From Candidatus Pelagibacter sp. (GTDB taxonomy: Bacteria > Pseudomonadota > Alphaproteobacteria > Pelagibacterales > Pelagibacteraceae), in NCBI GenBank assembly GCA_045567035.1, contig JBJLDS010000010.1, forward strand, positions 17,767 through 81,766: a stretch of 64,000 bases of DNA. Direction: 5' to 3'. Both the position numbers and the translations under genes were made by a program. How positions within the stretch are numbered: position 1 is the first letter of the stretch; each line of letters starts with the position of its first letter. The notes under the pieces were generated by a model. The model did no database searches. It was not told where the DNA came from and saw only the letters and a list, made by a program, of their open reading frames with translations. Below are positions 1-9,957 of this stretch, one piece after another.

Positions 1-44
1 AAATGAACATCCATTTAGGAAAATTATGATTAAAATTATTTTTC

Positions 45-1063
45 TCATTTTAAACCTAAATTTTCTTTGAAACCAAAGTAAATATTCATATTTTGTATTG
101 CCTGTCCTGCTCCACCCTTAATTAGATTATCTATAGCAGAAAAAAGTACTATTCGATTTTTATACTTAGTTTCACAAATTGATAATAAACAATTATTTGA
201 ATTAATAACACTATTCGTACTTAAAGGCTTATTAAGTTTTTCAAATTTAATAAATTCTCTATTTTTGTACTCATTTTTGAGAAATGATAAGATTTTTTTT
301 GCTGATATTCCATGTGGTAAATCAAGATATATACTGCTTAGGATACCTCTAAACATTGGTGTTAAATGTGGAGTAAAATTATAAATTACTTTTTTACTAA
401 TTTTTGAGAATTCTTGGGTAATTTCAGAATTATGTCTATGAAATCCTACACCATATGAACTAAGTGACTCATACAAATTGTGATTTTTATATTTTTGATG
501 AACTCCTCTACCAGCGCCTGAATATCCAGATTTTGAGTCTATAACTATATTATTTTTATGAATTAATTTTCTTTTTAGTAATGGAACTAAAGGAATTAGT
601 ATCGATGTTGGATAACAACCTGGACATGATATTATTTTATATTTATTTACGTTTTTATTATTTATTTCAGGCAAAAAATAAATACTTTTTTAATATTTGA
701 CTTTGATTTGTGTGAGATATGATAAAATTTTTTATAAACAGAAGCGCTTGTAATTCTAAAGTCTGCAGACAAATCAATTAAAAGATTATTTGGCAGCAAT
801 AAATTTGATAAAATTTGAGCCTCACCATTAGGTAATGCTGTAAAAACAATATCTACATCAAATAAATATTTTTTATTAAATTTAACAATTTTTGGTAACT
901 CATACTTAGTTAAAGTTTTATCATAGAAAGATATTTTTTTTCCTACAGATGAATTACCACAAAGATATTTAATATTTATTTTTGAATGCAAGCATAAATG
1001 CTTAATAAGTTGTATTCCTATATAACCAGTTGATCCTGCGACCAATACATTTAATTTGCGCAT
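45..1063 (-). CDS. argC: N-acetyl-gamma-glutamyl-phosphate reductase, split by a 1-nt deletion at the T6 run 686-691 (probable sequencing error)
   Basis: N-terminal ORF has VAGSTGYIG, FTALPNG and DLSADFR. C-terminal ORF has catalytic PGCYPT, SGYSGAG and DNLIKGGAGQAIQNMN. One added A joins them as ..KKSIYFLPEIN.. Confidence 0.93.
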
Positions 1064-1095
1064 ATATAATATTACTACAAAAATTGAAAAAAGTG

Positions 1096-1527
1096 TTATC
1101 TTTTAGAAAACTGATAACTTTTTCGTGCCTTAGCTCTACCTGGTTTTTTTCTTTCAACAGCACGTGAATCTCTTGTTGTAAGCTTTTCTTTTCTTAATGT
1201 TGTTTTAAAATTTTCATCAAATTTTACTAATGCCCTTGATATTCCATGAACCATAGCTCCTGCTTGGCCTGTGTGACCACCACCGACAACTTGGCATCTT
1301 ACATCGTATTGAGTAGCTTGGTCGATTATTTCAAATGGTCTTAAAATTTGCATTTTATGAGTATCACTTGAGAAATAGTCTTGAAAATTCTTACCATTTA
1401 CAAAGATTTTACCAGTACCTTTTTTAAGCCAAATTTTAGCTATTGAAGTTTTTCTTCTACCTGTTGCATACATGCTCTCTTTAAAATCTAACTTAATCTT
1501 TTCTGCTGATTGTGAGTTTTCTTCCAT
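1096..1527 (-). CDS. rpsI: 30S ribosomal protein S9
   Basis: ATGRRKTSIA, GGGHTGQAGA and C-terminal QFSKR; follows rplM. Confidence 0.98.
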   Translation of the reverse strand: MEENSQSAEKIKLDFKESMYATGRRKTSIAKIWLKKGTGKIFVNGKNFQDYFSSDTHKMQILRPFEIIDQATQYDVRCQVVGGGHTGQAGAMVHGISRALVKFDENFKTTLRKEKLTTRDSRAVERKKPGRAKARKSYQFSKR

Positions 1528-1985
1528 TAATTTCTTACAATATTTTTTTTATTTAATTTAGATAATTCGATAATTTTAGGGTTTTGAGCCTCATGAGGAT
1601 GGCTCTCTCCTGTGTAAAGTTTTAATTTAGTAAGTTGTTTTTTAGCCAAAGGTCCACTAGGTAACATTCTTTTAACAGCAAGCTTTAAACTTTCACCTGG
1701 TTTTTTTTCATTTAATTTCAATGGATTAATTTCTTTAATACCACCTGGATATCCAGTGTGACGATAGTATTTTTTATCTTCCAATTTTTTTCCAGTAAAC
1801 TTAATTGACTCAACATTCTTTACAACTACAAAATCTCCATTGTCCATATGTGGTGTGAAAGTAGTTTTATGTTTACCTCTTAATATCTTTGAAATAACAG
1901 ATGCTAATCGACCTATAATAGCATTTTTACCATCTATTAAGTACCATGCGTTATTTAGTTCACTTTTTTTTAAAAAATTTGTCAT
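1527..1985 (-). CDS. rplM: 50S ribosomal protein L13
   Basis: WYLIDG..IGRLAS, GKHK.TFTPH.D.GD, HTGYPGG. ATG at 1985 preferred over the upstream TTG. Confidence 0.97.
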   Translation of the reverse strand: MTNFLKKSELNNAWYLIDGKNAIIGRLASVISKILRGKHKTTFTPHMDNGDFVVVKNVESIKFTGKKLEDKKYYRHTGYPGGIKEINPLKLNEKKPGESLKLAVKRMLPSGPLAKKQLTKLKLYTGESHPHEAQNPKIIELSKLNKKNIVRN

Positions 1986-2047
1986 AAGTTGCGCATAAAT
2001 ACTTAGATTTATACATAAAGTCAATTTTAAATTGTATTCATTATACC

Positions 2048-2077
2048 TTGAAATGTGTGGATTTATCTTGTTAAATT
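2048..2077 (+). promoter_or_regulatory. Putative sigma70 promoter of metY
   Basis: TTGAAA (2048-2053), 18-nt spacer, TGn-TAAATT (2072-2077); GGAG SD at 2097-2100. Confidence 0.45.
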
Positions 2078-2106
2078 AAAAATAAATCAATTTAACGGAG
2101 ACTCAT

Positions 2107-3435
2107 ATGTCAAAAAATATAAAAAACCCAGAAACCATAGCGTTACACGGAGGTGATTATAGAAGTGACCCTGCAACAACTGCAGTTGCTGTACCATTGT
2201 ACAGAACAACTTCTTATCAATTTAACAATACTGATCATGCTGCAAATTTATTTGCGCTTAAAGAATTTGGAAATATTTATACTAGAATAATGAATCCAAC
2301 TAATGATGTGTTAGAGAAAAGAGTTGCTGCATTAGAGGGCGGATTAGCTTGCGTAACTGTAGGTTCAGGTCAAGCAGCGTCAACATTTGCTATAATGAAT
2401 GTTTGTCAAGCAGGTGATAATTTTATTAGTTCTACAGATCTTTATGGAGGAACAGTTAATCTGTTTACACATACTTTAAAAAAATTAGGAATCGAATGCA
2501 GATATGCGGACCCTACGGATCCTAAAAATTTTGAAAAACTAGTAGATGAAAAAACAAGATGTTTTTATGCTGAAACTCTTCCAAATCCTTACCTTAGAGT
2601 TTTTCCTATTAAGGAAGTTTCTGATATTGGAAGAAAGCATAACATACCATTAATTATGGATAACACAGCAGCACCAGTTATATGTAAACCACTTGAGCAC
2701 GGTGCGGCAGTAGTAGTTCACTCATTAACTAAATTCATTGGTGGTCATGGAACTGTTATTGGTGGTTGTCTAGTTGATGGTGGAAATTTTGATTGGACTA
2801 CTGACCCAAAAAGACAACCTATGTTTAATGAACCTGATGCTAGTTACGGTGGAGCAGTTTGGGGAGAAGTAGTTCCTCAATTAACTGGTGCTAACGTAGC
2901 ATTTGCTGTAAGAGCTAGAGTTTGTCTTCTAAGAGATTTAGGTGCACCATTAGCACCTGATAATGCTTGGGGTATTATACAAGGTCTAGAAACAGCACCA
3001 TTAAGAATGAAACAACATTGTTCTAATGCTACTAAAGCTGTTGAGTTCCTTTCTAAACATAAAAATGTTGAAAGAGTTATATATCCAACTCTACATAAAG
3101 GCGAACTTGGAGATAGAGCTAAAAGATACTTTAAAGGTGGAAATGGTGCTTTAGTGGGTATTGAAGTTAAAGGTGGAGTAGAAGCAGGTAAAAAATTTAT
3201 TGAGGCATTAAAAATGTTTTACCATGTAGCAAATATTGGAGATGCAAGAAGTCTCGCAATACATCCAGCAACAACAACACACAGTCAGTTAACACCTGAG
3301 GAATTATTGGCTGCTGGTGTAACACCTGGTTATGTAAGATTGTCAATTGGTATAGAACATCCAGATGATATAATAGCTGATCTGGACCAAGCTCTTTCAG
3401 CTTCAGGGAAACCTAACTTGAAGGCTGTTGGCTAA
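2107..3435 (+). CDS. metY: O-acetylhomoserine sulfhydrylase (PLP, Cys/Met metabolism family)
   Basis: GNIYTRIMNPT, PLP lysine motif HSLTKFIGGHG, ANIGDARSLAIHPATTTHSQL. Confidence 0.95.
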   Translation: MSKNIKNPETIALHGGDYRSDPATTAVAVPLYRTTSYQFNNTDHAANLFALKEFGNIYTRIMNPTNDVLEKRVAALEGGLACVTVGSGQAASTFAIMNVCQAGDNFISSTDLYGGTVNLFTHTLKKLGIECRYADPTDPKNFEKLVDEKTRCFYAETLPNPYLRVFPIKEVSDIGRKHNIPLIMDNTAAPVICKPLEHGAAVVVHSLTKFIGGHGTVIGGCLVDGGNFDWTTDPKRQPMFNEPDASYGGAVWGEVVPQLTGANVAFAVRARVCLLRDLGAPLAPDNAWGIIQGLETAPLRMKQHCSNATKAVEFLSKHKNVERVIYPTLHKGELGDRAKRYFKGGNGALVGIEVKGGVEAGKKFIEALKMFYHVANIGDARSLAIHPATTTHSQLTPEELLAAGVTPGYVRLSIGIEHPDDIIADLDQALSASGKPNLKAVG

Positions 3436-4444
3436 AACTAAAGTTTATGTATAAAAAATAGATACATGAACTAACGAGAAATATTGAACTAATCTGGTGC
3501 AATGATGAATAGAAAATTGTTGCACCAGATAAAAGTGTTACAATTCCAAGAATTACCTGTATAAGTAGAAGAAATCCTACTAGGTGTATAGTAGTATAAT
3601 ATTCCTTAAGTCTTAAAGAATAAATTCTATAAAAAATATAAACATAAAAAATTAAAATAATATATGCAAGATTTCTATGGATAAATTGAACTATAGATCT
3701 GTCACTTAAGGAGGATAATGTTAGTATTTCACTAATATTACTATCATCTGGAAAAAAAGAGGAACCCATTAATGGCCATGAATTATAGATTTTACCTGCA
3801 TCCATACCAGAAACAAAAGCACCGAAAGTAATTTGCAAATAAGTTAATAAAAGAAATACAATAGGAATAAACTGGTTTAAATTATTCAAAGGTTTTTTAA
3901 CATTTCTAAAATTAAGAAAATTATAAAATATTAAAGAAAGAATTATGAATGCTATTAATAAATGTACTGCTAAACGAAAATGACTTACATCAACTCTATC
4001 AACTAAACCACTGGAAACCATATACCAACCTATAAATCCTTGAAGACATATTAAAAAGAAAATTAAATACAAAGAAATTAATTTTTTGAAGTTAAGCTTG
4101 AATGAAAAATAAATTAATGGAATTAGATATGCAATACCTATTAATCTACCAAGAAATCTGTGAGCCCATTCCCACCAAAAAATCACTTTGAACTCCTGTA
4201 AAGTCATTTCGTAGTTTTGTAAATAAAATTCAGGTATTTTTTTGTATAAATCAAAATAATAAACCCAATCGTTTTGAGTTAAAGGAGGAAGAAAACCGGA
4301 AAATAATTGCCACTGTGTAATTGATAAACCAGAATCAGTTAATCTTGTTAAACCCCCTACTACTATCATAAAAGAAATTATGATGAACATTGATAGTAAC
4401 CACTGAGAAACTTTATGATTTATTTCATTATTTTGTGTATACAT
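3413..4444 (-). CDS. ctaA: Heme A synthase (COX15/CtaA)
   Basis: GGLTRLTDSGLSITQW, EWAHR, RLAVHL, QFIHR; multiple TM segments. Confidence 0.95.
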   Translation of the reverse strand: MYTQNNEINHKVSQWLLSMFIIISFMIVVGGLTRLTDSGLSITQWQLFSGFLPPLTQNDWVYYFDLYKKIPEFYLQNYEMTLQEFKVIFWWEWAHRFLGRLIGIAYLIPLIYFSFKLNFKKLISLYLIFFLICLQGFIGWYMVSSGLVDRVDVSHFRLAVHLLIAFIILSLIFYNFLNFRNVKKPLNNLNQFIPIVFLLLTYLQITFGAFVSGMDAGKIYNSWPLMGSSFFPDDSNISEILTLSSLSDRSIVQFIHRNLAYIILIFYVYIFYRIYSLRLKEYYTTIHLVGFLLLIQVILGIVTLLSGATIFYSSLHQISSIFLVSSCIYFLYINFSFSQQPSS

Positions 4445-4487
4445 ATTGAGATAAATATATTATTTTTTAATAAAGCCAATTGAATAA

Positions 4488-4775
4488 ATGTCGCCAAAAA
4501 ATATTAAAGAACTCCAAAAATTAAGAAAAAAACTAGATATTGTTGATTTAGAGCTTTTGAATATAATTAAAAAAAGATCAATACTTGTTCGAAAAGTACT
4601 CTCCTTAAAAAATTTTAAAAATCAAATTGTTGATAGGAAAAGAATTAATTTGATTTTAAAAAAAATTAAAGTTTTATCAATAAAAAAGAAAATTGATCCT
4701 AAAATTACAAACAGAATCTGGAAAAATATGATTTGGGCGTATATTGATTATGAGAGACGGAATTTTAAAAAATAA
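4488..4775 (+). CDS. Monofunctional chorismate mutase (AroQ type)
   Basis: LRKKLD.VD..LL..IKKR..LV and IVD.KR pattern; 95-aa helical protein. Confidence 0.8.
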   Translation: MSPKNIKELQKLRKKLDIVDLELLNIIKKRSILVRKVLSLKNFKNQIVDRKRINLILKKIKVLSIKKKIDPKITNRIWKNMIWAYIDYERRNFKK

Positions 4776-4967
4776 TTACTTACTATGAGGTGGCAATTTT
4801 TTTTCAACAAACATTTCATGTTTTCTAGTTGATGGATTATATTTCTTAGCTTTTAACTTATCTTTAGCTTTTTCACCACCAGCTGGCTTTTTAACATAAT
4901 AATAAAATGCACTATCAGGTTTAGCTTCGGGTACCAATCTTACTTTTACATGAGTTTTTTTTGCCAT
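4776..4967 (-). CDS. rpmG: 50S ribosomal protein L33
   Basis: MAKK..VKVRLV, FYYYVKK, KKYNP.TRKH.MF.EKK. Confidence 0.9.
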   Translation of the reverse strand: MAKKTHVKVRLVPEAKPDSAFYYYVKKPAGGEKAKDKLKAKKYNPSTRKHEMFVEKKLPPHSK

Positions 4968-5350
4968 TATTTTTTAATTTTAATATTTTTTATTAATTTA
5001 GAAATTTTATTAATTTTTTTTTTTAAAATCTCTTTATTAGATGCGTTTATAGAATAATTTGATATTTCGTCAAGATCTAAAGAGTTATCATTATCAAGAA
5101 AATATTTAGCACCTTTTATTGTTAAACCTTTAGTTTTCAGAAGAAATTTAATTTTTTTTAATTTTTCGATTTCAACTATGTTATAGTAACGTCTTCTCCC
5201 TGACAAAATACGTGGTTTGATGTTTTTAAACTCTTTTTCCCAATATCTAATGGTATGTGTGTTCAAATTACCATTTTTTTTATTAACTAAATTTAGAAGC
5301 TTTGCAACTTCACCAATTGACTTGTAGGCCTGATCAGATTTTTCTGTCAC
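4967..5350 (-). CDS. MerR-family HTH regulator
   Basis: SIGEVAK, HTIRYWEKEF, GRRRYY, GLTIKGA; conserved position after ihfA. Confidence 0.9.
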   Translation of the reverse strand: MTEKSDQAYKSIGEVAKLLNLVNKKNGNLNTHTIRYWEKEFKNIKPRILSGRRRYYNIVEIEKLKKIKFLLKTKGLTIKGAKYFLDNDNSLDLDEISNYSINASNKEILKKKINKISKLIKNIKIKK

Positions 5351-5633
5351 TGTTTAAAAATTTTTTAAATTCATTTGATGCTTTAAAGGTAATTACACTT
5401 CTTGCAGAAATTAATTTTTCCTCTTTAGTTTTAGGATTTCTGCCTACTCTGGAGTTTTTATGTTTAACAATAAACGTACCAAATTTTGATATTTTAACTT
5501 TTTCTTTATTTATAATGTTTTTTGAGAGTATCAACAAAAGATCATCTAATATGTTTTCAGATAAATTTTTTGAAAAACCTACTCTCATATAAGCAGAATT
5601 AATAATATCTTTTTTTGTTAAATTGATTCTCAT
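5334..5633 (-). CDS. ihfA: Integration host factor alpha
   Basis: LTKKDI, VKISKFGTF, RVGRNPKT, VITFKAS; lies between plsX and merR. Confidence 0.88.
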   Translation of the reverse strand: MRINLTKKDIINSAYMRVGFSKNLSENILDDLLLILSKNIINKEKVKISKFGTFIVKHKNSRVGRNPKTKEEKLISARSVITFKASNEFKKFLNSDRKI

Positions 5634-5635
5634 AT

Positions 5636-6640
5636 TTATATTATACTTTGTTTAATCTTATCAATCAATTTACCTGTAACTATTTTCTCACATACATTTA
5701 GAGAATGAAAAAAACCTACAGAGTCAGTAGCACCATGACTTTTAACAACAGCGCTATCAAGACCTAATAATATAGCGCCATTATAAAGTCTTGGGTCAAA
5801 TTTTTTCTTAAATGAATTTAGATTTTTATAGTTCATTATGGTAGAAATTTTTCCTAATAAATTTTTGGTCATATTCTTTTTTAATTCACTAGTTATAAAA
5901 TTAGCTGTACCTTCAGCAGTTTTTAGTGCTACATTTCCAGTAAAACCATCAGTAACAATTACATCTACATTACCATCCATTAGATGATTTCCTTCAATAT
6001 AACCTTTAAAATTAAAATTTTTATTATCTGACTCAGTAAGCTTTTTATATGTATTTTTTATAATTTCGTTACCTTTGGTTTCTTCAGAACCTATATTTAA
6101 TATTGCTACATTAGGATCTTTCTCATGAAATAATGCTTTATAAAGAGAAGAACCCATTATTGAAAAGTCTATTAGATTCTTTTCACTACATTCAATATTT
6201 GCACCTAAATCTAGAACAACATTCATTCCTTTTTTATTAGGCCAGAGAGCTGATAATGCTGGCTTATCAATTTTTTCAATCATTTTTAAATTTAATTTTG
6301 CTAAAACTAACAAAGCACCTGTATTACCTGCTGAGATTATAATATCAGATTTTCTTTCCTTCACACTTTCGATAGCTAGCCACATACTAGTTTTTTTTCC
6401 TCTTTTAGCTGCACCCAATGGTGTATCATTACCTATAACTTTATCTAATGTGTGAATTATTTCATAACTATCATTATCTAAAGATTTAGGCATAGAAGAT
6501 AGTATTAAATTCTTATCTCCAAATAATTGATAAAAAACATTTTTAGAAGTTTTTTGATGTAATAAAATACCATCAATAATTTTTTTTGGAGAACCATCAC
6601 CTCCCATTGCATCTACTGCAATTTTAATTTTTTCTGACAT
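5636..6640 (-). CDS. plsX: Phosphate acyltransferase PlsX
   Basis: IAVDAMGGD, SAGNTGAL, LDLGAN, VTDGFTGNVALK, VVKSHG. Confidence 0.97.
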   Translation of the reverse strand: MSEKIKIAVDAMGGDGSPKKIIDGILLHQKTSKNVFYQLFGDKNLILSSMPKSLDNDSYEIIHTLDKVIGNDTPLGAAKRGKKTSMWLAIESVKERKSDIIISAGNTGALLVLAKLNLKMIEKIDKPALSALWPNKKGMNVVLDLGANIECSEKNLIDFSIMGSSLYKALFHEKDPNVAILNIGSEETKGNEIIKNTYKKLTESDNKNFNFKGYIEGNHLMDGNVDVIVTDGFTGNVALKTAEGTANFITSELKKNMTKNLLGKISTIMNYKNLNSFKKKFDPRLYNGAILLGLDSAVVKSHGATDSVGFFHSLNVCEKIVTGKLIDKIKQSII

Positions 6641-6652
6641 TATAAGTATTTA

Positions 6653-6832
6653 TTATTCTTTAGGATCTAGAACCTGTCTACCTTTGTAAAAACCTGTTTT
6701 TAAGTCCATATGATGTGATAATCTGTATTCACCTGATTTTTTATCTTCCACAATATTTTTCGACGAAAACTTAATATGGGATCTTCTCTTCCCAGCTCTC
6801 GATTTTGTAGTTTTACGTTTTGGAACAGCCAT
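6653..6832 (-). CDS. rpmF: 50S ribosomal protein L32 (59 aa, absent from the ORF track)
   Basis: Manual translation [19 protein letters not shown]...[20 protein letters not shown]; upstream of plsX. Confidence 0.96.
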   Translation of the reverse strand: MAVPKRKTTKSRAGKRRSHIKFSSKNIVEDKKSGEYRLSHHMDLKTGFYKGRQVLDPKE

Positions 6833-6834
6833 AA

Positions 6835-7308
6835 TTAAAATTTAGCATTAATTACACCTTTTAAAAATGAATTAAAAGAACTTTTTAATAAAAATTCCCA
6901 ATATTTATCGAAATAATCTGCAAAAAAACTAATATCTTTTGTATTTTTAAAATAATTCTGAAGAATTAAGGATTTACTATTATGTTCTTCATCATCCCAT
7001 TTATCAATTTTAGTAAGTAAATCATAAAAAAAGTTAACATAATTTTTCATTTTTTTATTAATAGAAGCATCACCATAGCCTATTTCTCTAACTGATAATT
7101 CAATTTGTCTAAAAAAAAAATCATGTGTTTTTTGCATTTCGTCCTTAGAAATTTCACTTTTAAAACGTTTTAAAAAAAAACAAAAATGAAATAGCAAAAT
7201 TGTTAATCTATCAGAAAAGGTATCGTTTTGACTTAAATTTCGATATAAATTTTTATTTCTAGTCAAATTTACTAAATTGTTATAAATATTTAAATAATTA
7301 CTTGTCAT
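6835..7308 (-). CDS. Ubiquinol-cytochrome c chaperone (Cbp3-like)
   Basis: DTFSDR...LFH, REIGYGD.SINKKMK; typical position divergent from bamE. Confidence 0.82.
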   Translation of the reverse strand: MTSNYLNIYNNLVNLTRNKNLYRNLSQNDTFSDRLTILLFHFCFFLKRFKSEISKDEMQKTHDFFFRQIELSVREIGYGDASINKKMKNYVNFFYDLLTKIDKWDDEEHNSKSLILQNYFKNTKDISFFADYFDKYWEFLLKSSFNSFLKGVINAKF

Positions 7309-7777
7309 GAAAATATTAATATTATTAATACTATTTTTAATTATTTCAAACTGTAAATTAAATAGAATTGAAAATAATCATGGTGTTCATTTCTTGGAAA
7401 AAAAACAACAAGATTTGATAGTAAATGAATCAAATAAAAATGATATAATAATGCTTTTAGGTCAGCCATCTACAAAAGGTAGTTTTAATAATGATTTATG
7501 GATTTATATAGAAAGAAAAAAAACTGGTACAAATTTAATGAGCCTTGGACGAAAAAAAATTTACGTAAATAATGTATTAAGCCTTGAATTAAATGGTCAA
7601 GGATTACTTGTAAAAAAAGATCTGAAAAAAATAGAGGATATGAAAGATCTTGAATTTAATCCAAATGATACATCTATTGGATTTAGAAAAAGAACATTTG
7701 TATATGATTTTGTAACTACATTAATTCAGAAAATAAATGATCCACTAGGAACACGCAAAAAAAAAGTTTCAGATTAA
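7307..7777 (+). CDS. bamE: Outer membrane assembly lipoprotein BamE (SmpA/OmlA)
   Basis: Lipoprotein signal ending ISNC, LLGQPS and WIYI motifs. Confidence 0.85.
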   Translation: MKILILLILFLIISNCKLNRIENNHGVHFLEKKQQDLIVNESNKNDIIMLLGQPSTKGSFNNDLWIYIERKKTGTNLMSLGRKKIYVNNVLSLELNGQGLLVKKDLKKIEDMKDLEFNPNDTSIGFRKRTFVYDFVTTLIQKINDPLGTRKKKVSD

Positions 7778-9879
7778 CCGGCAATTACAGCTAACAACAA
7801 TAATGCAACAATATTAGTTATTTTAATCATAGGGTTAACCGCAGGTCCGGCTGTATCTTTGTACGGATCACCAACTGTATCACCGGTGACAGCTGCTTTA
7901 TGAGCTTCAGATCCTTTACCACCAAATTTTCCATCTTCTATATATTTTTTCGCATTATCCCAAGCACCTCCACCAGCTGTCATTGATACCGCAACAAATA
8001 AACCTGTTATTATAACTCCTAACAGCATTGCTCCAACTGAAGCTAAAGCAGCAACTTGACCACCTATTGGTAAAATAATTATATAAAGAACTATTGGTGA
8101 TAAAACTGGTAACAGAGAAGGTATAATCATTTCTTTAATTGCAGCTTTAGTTAATAAATCAACTAATTTTCCATAATCGGGCTTAGCTTTTCTTTTCATG
8201 ATACCTGGAATTTTTTTAAATTGTCTTCTTACTTCAACAACAACTGCACCCCCTGCTCTTCCAACGGCCTGCATACCCATTGATCCAAACAAATAAGGTA
8301 ACATTCCACCTATTAATAAACCAACTACTACAAAAGGATTTGATAGATCAAAACTTACTACAATTCCTTCTAATTTTGATCCAGTTACAGTTGAAAAATA
8401 TTTTATATCCTCTGTGTATGCTGCAAATAAAACTAAAGCACCTAAACCAGCTGATCCAATTGCATAACCTTTTGTAACTGCTTTTGTTGTATTTCCTACC
8501 GCATCTAATGCATCAGTGGTTTTTCTCACATTTTTTGGTAAATTAGACATTTCTGCTATACCACCAGCATTATCTGTTACTGGTCCATAAGCATCAAGTG
8601 CAACAACCATTCCAGCTAATGCTAACATAGTGGTTACGGCAATTGCTATGCCAAATAAACCAGCTATAGAATTAGTTATTAAAATACCTGCAACAATAAT
8701 TAATGCAGGTATTGCAGTGGCCTCCATTGAGACTGCCAAGCCTTGTATAACATTGGTTCCATGACCAGTAGTTGATGACTCTGCAACACTTTTAACTGGT
8801 CTATAATTTGTACCAGTATAATATTCTGTTACCCAAATTAAAAGTCCTGTAATAATTAAACCAACAATACCACAAAAATATAAACTTAAACCTGTGAAAG
8901 ACTTATCGTTAACAATATATTCAGAGGAAAAACCGATAACCTTATCAGTTATGGGATACAAAACTATTAAAGAACTTATTGCAGTTATGATAAAACCTTT
9001 ATACATGGCATTCATAATATTTTTATCCCTACCAAGTTTTACAAAATAAGTACCAATAATTGATGTTATAATACATGCGCCACCAATGGTTAAAGGGTAA
9101 ATCATCATATTAATGTCACCATGAAAAAAAATATGAGAAAGAACCATTGTAGCAACTATTGTAACAGCATAAGTTTCAAATAGGTCTGCAGCCATACCAG
9201 CACAATCCCCTACGTTATCACCTACATTATCAGCTATCACCGCAGGATTTCTTGGGTCATCCTCAGGAATACCTGCCTCAACCTTTCCAACCAGATCAGC
9301 ACCAACATCTGCACCTTTGGTAAAAATTCCTCCTCCTAAACGTGCAAATATTGAAATTAAAGATGCTCCAAAACCTAATGCAACTAATGCATTTACGATT
9401 TCTCTTTCATCAATATTAAATTTCAGTAGTAAAAAATAGTAAACTGCTATTGATAATAATGCTAAACCAGCAACTAACATACCAGTTACTGCACCAGATC
9501 TAAAAGCTAGAGAAAGTCCTGCAGATAAACCTTTTCTTGCTGCTTCTGCTGTTCTCACATTTGCTTGAACTGAAACTAGCATTCCAACGTATCCAGCAAT
9601 TCCTGATAAGGTTGCACCAATTAAATAACCAAGACCAACTAATGGACTAAAAGCAATACTAATTATAATTAATACAACTACACCAACAATTGCTATAGTC
9701 TTGTATTGTCTATTCAAATAAGCCTTAGCTCCAATTTGTATTGCTGATGCAATTTCTTGCATTTTGGAATTACCTGGGCTCGAACTAAGTATACTTTTGC
9801 CAGTAAAATAACCGTAAACAATAGATAATAATCCAGCTATAATTGTATAAATTAAAATTGTTTCAACAGATGAGCTCAT
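7774..9879 (-). CDS. hppA: Membrane H+-translocating pyrophosphatase, K+-independent type
   Basis: [35 protein letters not shown] (Lys), [10 protein letters not shown]. Confidence 0.96.
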   Translation of the reverse strand: MSSSVETILIYTIIAGLLSIVYGYFTGKSILSSSPGNSKMQEIASAIQIGAKAYLNRQYKTIAIVGVVVLIIISIAFSPLVGLGYLIGATLSGIAGYVGMLVSVQANVRTAEAARKGLSAGLSLAFRSGAVTGMLVAGLALLSIAVYYFLLLKFNIDEREIVNALVALGFGASLISIFARLGGGIFTKGADVGADLVGKVEAGIPEDDPRNPAVIADNVGDNVGDCAGMAADLFETYAVTIVATMVLSHIFFHGDINMMIYPLTIGGACIITSIIGTYFVKLGRDKNIMNAMYKGFIITAISSLIVLYPITDKVIGFSSEYIVNDKSFTGLSLYFCGIVGLIITGLLIWVTEYYTGTNYRPVKSVAESSTTGHGTNVIQGLAVSMEATAIPALIIVAGILITNSIAGLFGIAIAVTTMLALAGMVVALDAYGPVTDNAGGIAEMSNLPKNVRKTTDALDAVGNTTKAVTKGYAIGSAGLGALVLFAAYTEDIKYFSTVTGSKLEGIVVSFDLSNPFVVVGLLIGGMLPYLFGSMGMQAVGRAGGAVVVEVRRQFKKIPGIMKRKAKPDYGKLVDLLTKAAIKEMIIPSLLPVLSPIVLYIIILPIGGQVAALASVGAMLLGVIITGLFVAVSMTAGGGAWDNAKKYIEDGKFGGKGSEAHKAAVTGDTVGDPYKDTAGPAVNPMIKITNIVALLLLAVIAG

Positions 9880-9918
9880 AAATTCCTTATAGTTATATTG
9901 TTAAATTCTAAAAATGGG

Positions 9919-9946
9919 ACAATACAAAATAAAGGCTAAAAGGCAA
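9919..9946 (-). promoter_or_regulatory. Putative sigma70 promoter of hppA
   Basis: Minus strand TTGCCT (9946-9941), 16-nt spacer, TATTGT (9924-9919); AAGGAA SD before the ATG. Confidence 0.4.
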
Positions 9947-9957
9947 TCATTAACTTA

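Noticed and set aside
1-14. Possible gene start (ATG at 14, minus strand)
   Set aside because: Only four codons are visible, so it cannot be supported.
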